Assembly: GCA_015256915.3 (NCBI GenBank)
Contig: CP076101.2
Span: 480,001-512,000 of the forward strand
Length of the DNA: 32,000 nt
Reading direction: 5' to 3'
DNA from: Candidatus Saccharimonas sp.
GTDB taxonomy: Bacteria > Patescibacteriota > Saccharimonadia > Saccharimonadales > Saccharimonadaceae
Positions 28,841-32,000 of the stretch are shown here, piece by piece (the stretch's first letter is position 1; each line of letters starts with the position of its first letter). The notes beneath the pieces were generated by a model. It was given only the letters and a program-made list of their open reading frames with translations, did no database searches and had not been told where the DNA came from. Position numbers and translations under genes: made by a program.

Positions 28841-30433
28841 CTATTTTTTAATAAATTTTAAAATTTTATATAAAGAATCACCGTTTAATGAATTGTTATA
28901 ATCCATTTCTTTTGAAAAATTATAACCAGCAATTGGTGATTTTTTATCAGCGCTATTATATGGGGAAATTATAAAAAACTCTTTATTTTTCAAAAAACTA
29001 CTATCATTTTCAATCTTTGGCGTGTAATCAGCTCGAATCATATCGCCAGAACGATAAATTGGTGGTTCGCCATAAAACCAAATTTTACTTTCATTATTGG
29101 AATATTGTGCTGCTGAATAATATAAAAATCCGCCAACAGCAATTGCTGCATTATTTTTTTCATTTCGAACCTTTTCAATCGCTTGCCGAATTTCAGTAAT
29201 TTCTCCACCATTTTTAGAAATACCCTTTTGTAAATTAAGCTGAAAAATTCCAAAAATATGCGAAAAAATAATCAAAATAATCAATAAAATTGAAATGCTC
29301 TTTTTATTTTCAAAAAATTTAACCGCAATAATTGCCATTAAAATCGACACAAAAACTTCAGCCATAAGTAAATATCTGTCAACAAAAATTGAACTAAATG
29401 GTGGTAAACTTGCGATATAAAGCAAAAATATAGGAATCACTGAGACTGAAAAAATCAGCCAAAAAATACTATTATTTTTTTTGCTCCTCCACTTTTCGAA
29501 TGTAAAAAATACAATAATCAGAAGAATAACCATAGCCATCAAAGATAGCCAACCGTTAGTTTTGCTAGCATCAAGATAAAAAAAGAAATTCGATACCATA
29601 TTTGATATTGTTGTAAAATCAAGTGCAGGAATCCAGAACTTAGCTTTAACATAAGTAGCTTGCGAAACAAAAAATGGAACCCAAGGAGTATATAAAAATG
29701 CGATAATCAAATGTGAAGACAGCCATTTTTCAGCAAAAAAATTACCAAAAAACTGTCCCGTACTATTCTTCTGCTTTTGAAATTTCAAACAGCTAAAAAG
29801 ATGAAATCTATTGTTCTTTTCTTGATTCTTCGAAATATAAACTGCTCTAAAAATCCATAATGAAATTGGAATCAAAGCATAGAGATACTGCGTCCAAATT
29901 CCAGCGCAGACAGTAATAATATAAATTATTCGCCATTTTTTCTTACTTTTCATCGTATTTTCGGCAACCCAAGCTTCATAAAAGGCCCTCACCGTTAAAA
30001 CACTCAAAAATGCTACCATAGTATACATTCTAGCTTCCTGCGAATATCTAATTAGCATCGGTGAAATTGCAAGAAAACCGCTTGCCAATAGTGAAATTTT
30101 CTTATTATAGAGTCTTTTTACCAAAAAATATGCCAAAATTATAGTTAAAATACCAAAAAATACAGATAGACTCCTCAATGCAAAGTCGCTAGAGCCGAAA
30201 AATACACTCCAAATCTTCAATAAAAAATAGTAAAGCGGTGGATGAACGTCAACAGATGTGTAATGCCAAATCTCAGCAAAATTAAAACGAATTATGTAAG
30301 CCGAAAAAGCCTCATCGAACCAGATTGAGGCTTTCGAAATTGTTAAAAAAACAAGGGTTAAAAATCCTGAAATAATTCCCAGAAAAGCAATTTTAGAGCG
30401 GCACTCTTTAAATCTCGAAAAAACCATACCCAT
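28841..30433 (-). CDS. GT-C fold glycosyltransferase (family 39 / ArnT / PMT-like)
   Basis: 530 aa polytopic membrane protein. The N-terminal loop IWFDEAFSAYI...DVHPPLYYFLLKIW is typical of GT39/ArnT-type lipid-linked sugar transferases. An alternative start lies at 30427. Confidence 0.75.
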   Translation of the reverse strand: MGMVFSRFKECRSKIAFLGIISGFLTLVFLTISKASIWFDEAFSAYIIRFNFAEIWHYTSVDVHPPLYYFLLKIWSVFFGSSDFALRSLSVFFGILTIILAYFLVKRLYNKKISLLASGFLAISPMLIRYSQEARMYTMVAFLSVLTVRAFYEAWVAENTMKSKKKWRIIYIITVCAGIWTQYLYALIPISLWIFRAVYISKNQEKNNRFHLFSCLKFQKQKNSTGQFFGNFFAEKWLSSHLIIAFLYTPWVPFFVSQATYVKAKFWIPALDFTTISNMVSNFFFYLDASKTNGWLSLMAMVILLIIVFFTFEKWRSKKNNSIFWLIFSVSVIPIFLLYIASLPPFSSIFVDRYLLMAEVFVSILMAIIAVKFFENKKSISILLIILIIFSHIFGIFQLNLQKGISKNGGEITEIRQAIEKVRNEKNNAAIAVGGFLYYSAAQYSNNESKIWFYGEPPIYRSGDMIRADYTPKIENDSSFLKNKEFFIISPYNSADKKSPIAGYNFSKEMDYNNSLNGDSLYKILKFIKK

Positions 30434-30442
30434 GATAAATCT

Positions 30443-30471
30443 ATTATATCATAGCTTTTAGCTTTTCGAAA
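30443..30471 (-). promoter_or_regulatory. candidate promoter of the GT-C gene (leaderless or near-leaderless)
   Basis: On the minus strand: TGATATAAT extended -10 (30451-30443), 9 nt, ATG at 30433. The -35 position reads TTTCGA. Confidence 0.45.
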
Positions 30472-30484
30472 TATTAAAAATTAC

Positions 30485-31756
30485 CTATAAATCGCTTGGT
30501 AGCGGAAAATTTCTAGCAAAATCTGCAACTTCTCTTTTAATTTCGGTAAGTTTTTTAGAATCTTCACGGTATTTAATTGCAAGATCCATCCATTCAGCAA
30601 TTTTTGCCATCTCGATTTCCTTCATTCCACGCGAAGTTACAGCTGGCGTTCCAAGTCGGATCCCGCTTGGTGCGAACATAGACAAAGTATCATTAGGAAT
30701 CGAATTAGCGTTTAAAGTTAGGCCAATTGCATCCATTGCGCGTTCGGCAGTTTTCCCATCAATTCCAAAACTTGCATAAATATCAACTAAAATTAAGTGA
30801 TTTTTTGTACCTCCGGTCACAAGTTTAAAACCTCTTTTCGAAAGCTCTTCAGCCAAAAAATGAGCATTCTTTACTACCTGTTGAGCATAAATTTTAAATT
30901 CAGGCTGAAGTGCTTCATAAAAAGAAATTGCTTTTGCCGCAATTGAGTGCATTTGTGGGCCGCCTTGAGTTCCCGGAAAAACACTGCGATCAATTAAAGT
31001 TGGTAAATTTTCAAGAGTTTTTTCTGGTTTTTTGAGTGGATTCCCCACTTTTCCATTCGAAAGAATCATTCCGCCACGAGGGCCACGGAGGGTTTTATGT
31101 GTTGTAGTTGTCACAACATTAAAACCATACTCAAATGGGTTTTTCGAAACACCTCCAGCAATCAATCCAGCGATATGTGCTACATCCGCCATCAACATTG
31201 CTCCATATTTTTTGCCAATTTCAGCAATTTTAGCATAATCAATTTCGCCAGGATATGCAGAAAATCCCACAAGAATAATTTTTGGCTTATATTTTTCAGC
31301 TAATTCTTCAATCTGCTTATAATTAATTTCACCATTTTCATCTAAGCCATATCGCACAAAATTATAAATCTTACCACTACGCGTTACTGGTGAGCCATGT
31401 GTTAAATGACCGCCCTGAGATAAATCCATACCTAAAACCGTATCGCCAACTTCTAGCCAAGCATTATAAACCGCCTCATTAGCATTTGCACCACTATGTG
31501 GTTGGACATTCGCATGATCACAATTAAAAAGCTGTTTTGCGCGTTCGATCGCTAAACTTTCAATGATATCAGTATTCTCCTGACCGCCATAATATCTTTT
31601 CCCTGGGTAGCCTTCAGAATATTTATTCGTTAAGACCGAGCCAAGCGCCGCCAATACTTCTCTTGAAACATAATTTTCACTTGGAATTAATTCCAAGCCT
31701 TCTCGCTGACGATTTTCTTCATTTTCAATTACGTCAAAAATCTTTTCATCAAACAT
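30485..31756 (-). CDS. glyA: serine hydroxymethyltransferase
   Basis: 423 aa. LELIPSENY, YPGKRYYGG, and the PLP-lysine context TTTTHKTLRGPRGG. AAGGAGAG Shine-Dalgarno 6 nt upstream. Confidence 0.95.
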   Translation of the reverse strand: MFDEKIFDVIENEENRQREGLELIPSENYVSREVLAALGSVLTNKYSEGYPGKRYYGGQENTDIIESLAIERAKQLFNCDHANVQPHSGANANEAVYNAWLEVGDTVLGMDLSQGGHLTHGSPVTRSGKIYNFVRYGLDENGEINYKQIEELAEKYKPKIILVGFSAYPGEIDYAKIAEIGKKYGAMLMADVAHIAGLIAGGVSKNPFEYGFNVVTTTTHKTLRGPRGGMILSNGKVGNPLKKPEKTLENLPTLIDRSVFPGTQGGPQMHSIAAKAISFYEALQPEFKIYAQQVVKNAHFLAEELSKRGFKLVTGGTKNHLILVDIYASFGIDGKTAERAMDAIGLTLNANSIPNDTLSMFAPSGIRLGTPAVTSRGMKEIEMAKIAEWMDLAIKYREDSKKLTEIKREVADFARNFPLPSDL

Positions 31757-31870
31757 AAAAAACTCTCCTTAAAAATTAAACTTTTTGAAACTAAAAATAT
31801 AAAAAACCGTCGCTATATCATATTTTTAAGTATACCATATTTTTTAAAAATAAAAAAATTCTTAGAAAAC

Positions 31871-31900
31871 TTGTTTTTATTATACCATAAGTGATATAAT
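31871..31900 (+). promoter_or_regulatory. promoter of the XRE-like gene (leaderless configuration)
   Basis: TTGTTT (31871-31876), 18 nt spacer ending in TGA, TATAAT (31895-31900), 6 nt (TATTTT), ATG at 31907. Confidence 0.5.
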
Positions 31901-31906
31901 TATTTT

Positions 31907-32000
31907 ATGAACGAAGAACAAGCCTATTTAGAAAAAATCGGGAAGCTTATTCAAGAATCCCGCTTACACAAGAATTTAACTCAAGTTGAGCTTGCTGAAA
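31907..32000 (+). CDS. XRE-family helix-turn-helix transcriptional regulator, N-terminal fragment (runs off the window end)
   Basis: MNEEQAYLEKIGKLIQESRLHKNLTQVELAE. The G..I...R....LTQ.ELA pattern is the start of an HTH_3 (Cro/C1) domain. Confidence 0.55.
   Translation, partial: MNEEQAYLEKIGKLIQESRLHKNLTQVELAE

Overview
This is a compact, roughly 35% GC bacterial window with about 88% coding sequence, and most genes lie on the minus strand. All housekeeping ORFs are intact under the standard code, and TGA is used as a stop. The content is mainly core functions. These include translation (hisS fragment, alaS, obg, typA, tRNA-Val, tRNA-Arg) and DNA maintenance (rarA, sbcB, ruvX). They also include the cell wall and envelope (LysM/CHAP hydrolase, mltG, murB, a GT-C glycosyltransferase), glycolysis (pgk, tpiA) and one-carbon metabolism (folD, glyA). 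The reduced protein architectures, a sortase (LPXTG) substrate and the low GC suggest a small-genome Gram-positive-type bacterium. Patescibacteria/Saccharibacteria-like is my guess and cannot be verified here. I found no CRISPR array, transposase, integrase or recognisable defence genes. Five signals seem most worth following up. (1) The palindrome TTCGAA, mostly as TTTCGAAA, is about 8-fold over-represented: 91 hand-counted copies against about 11 expected. It occurs in all reading frames and in intergenic DNA, like a highly iterated palindrome. (2) A promoter architecture recurs in which a -10 box (TAAAAT or TATAAT, often with TGn) ends 6-9 nt before the ATG of the first gene of a transcription unit, implying leaderless mRNAs. 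(3) An orphan unit with a perfect consensus promoter and a terminator, of about 190 nt, sits between pgk and typA. (4) An accessory surface-protein module lies next to tRNA-Val. It contains a membrane protein, a compositionally atypical type II membrane protein and a 744-755 aa LPXTG/DUF11-like protein. (5) An FtsA-like actin paired with a 536 aa bitopic membrane protein is inserted into the conserved alaS-ruvX-mltG cluster. All motif counts and coordinates were derived by eye and should be recomputed.
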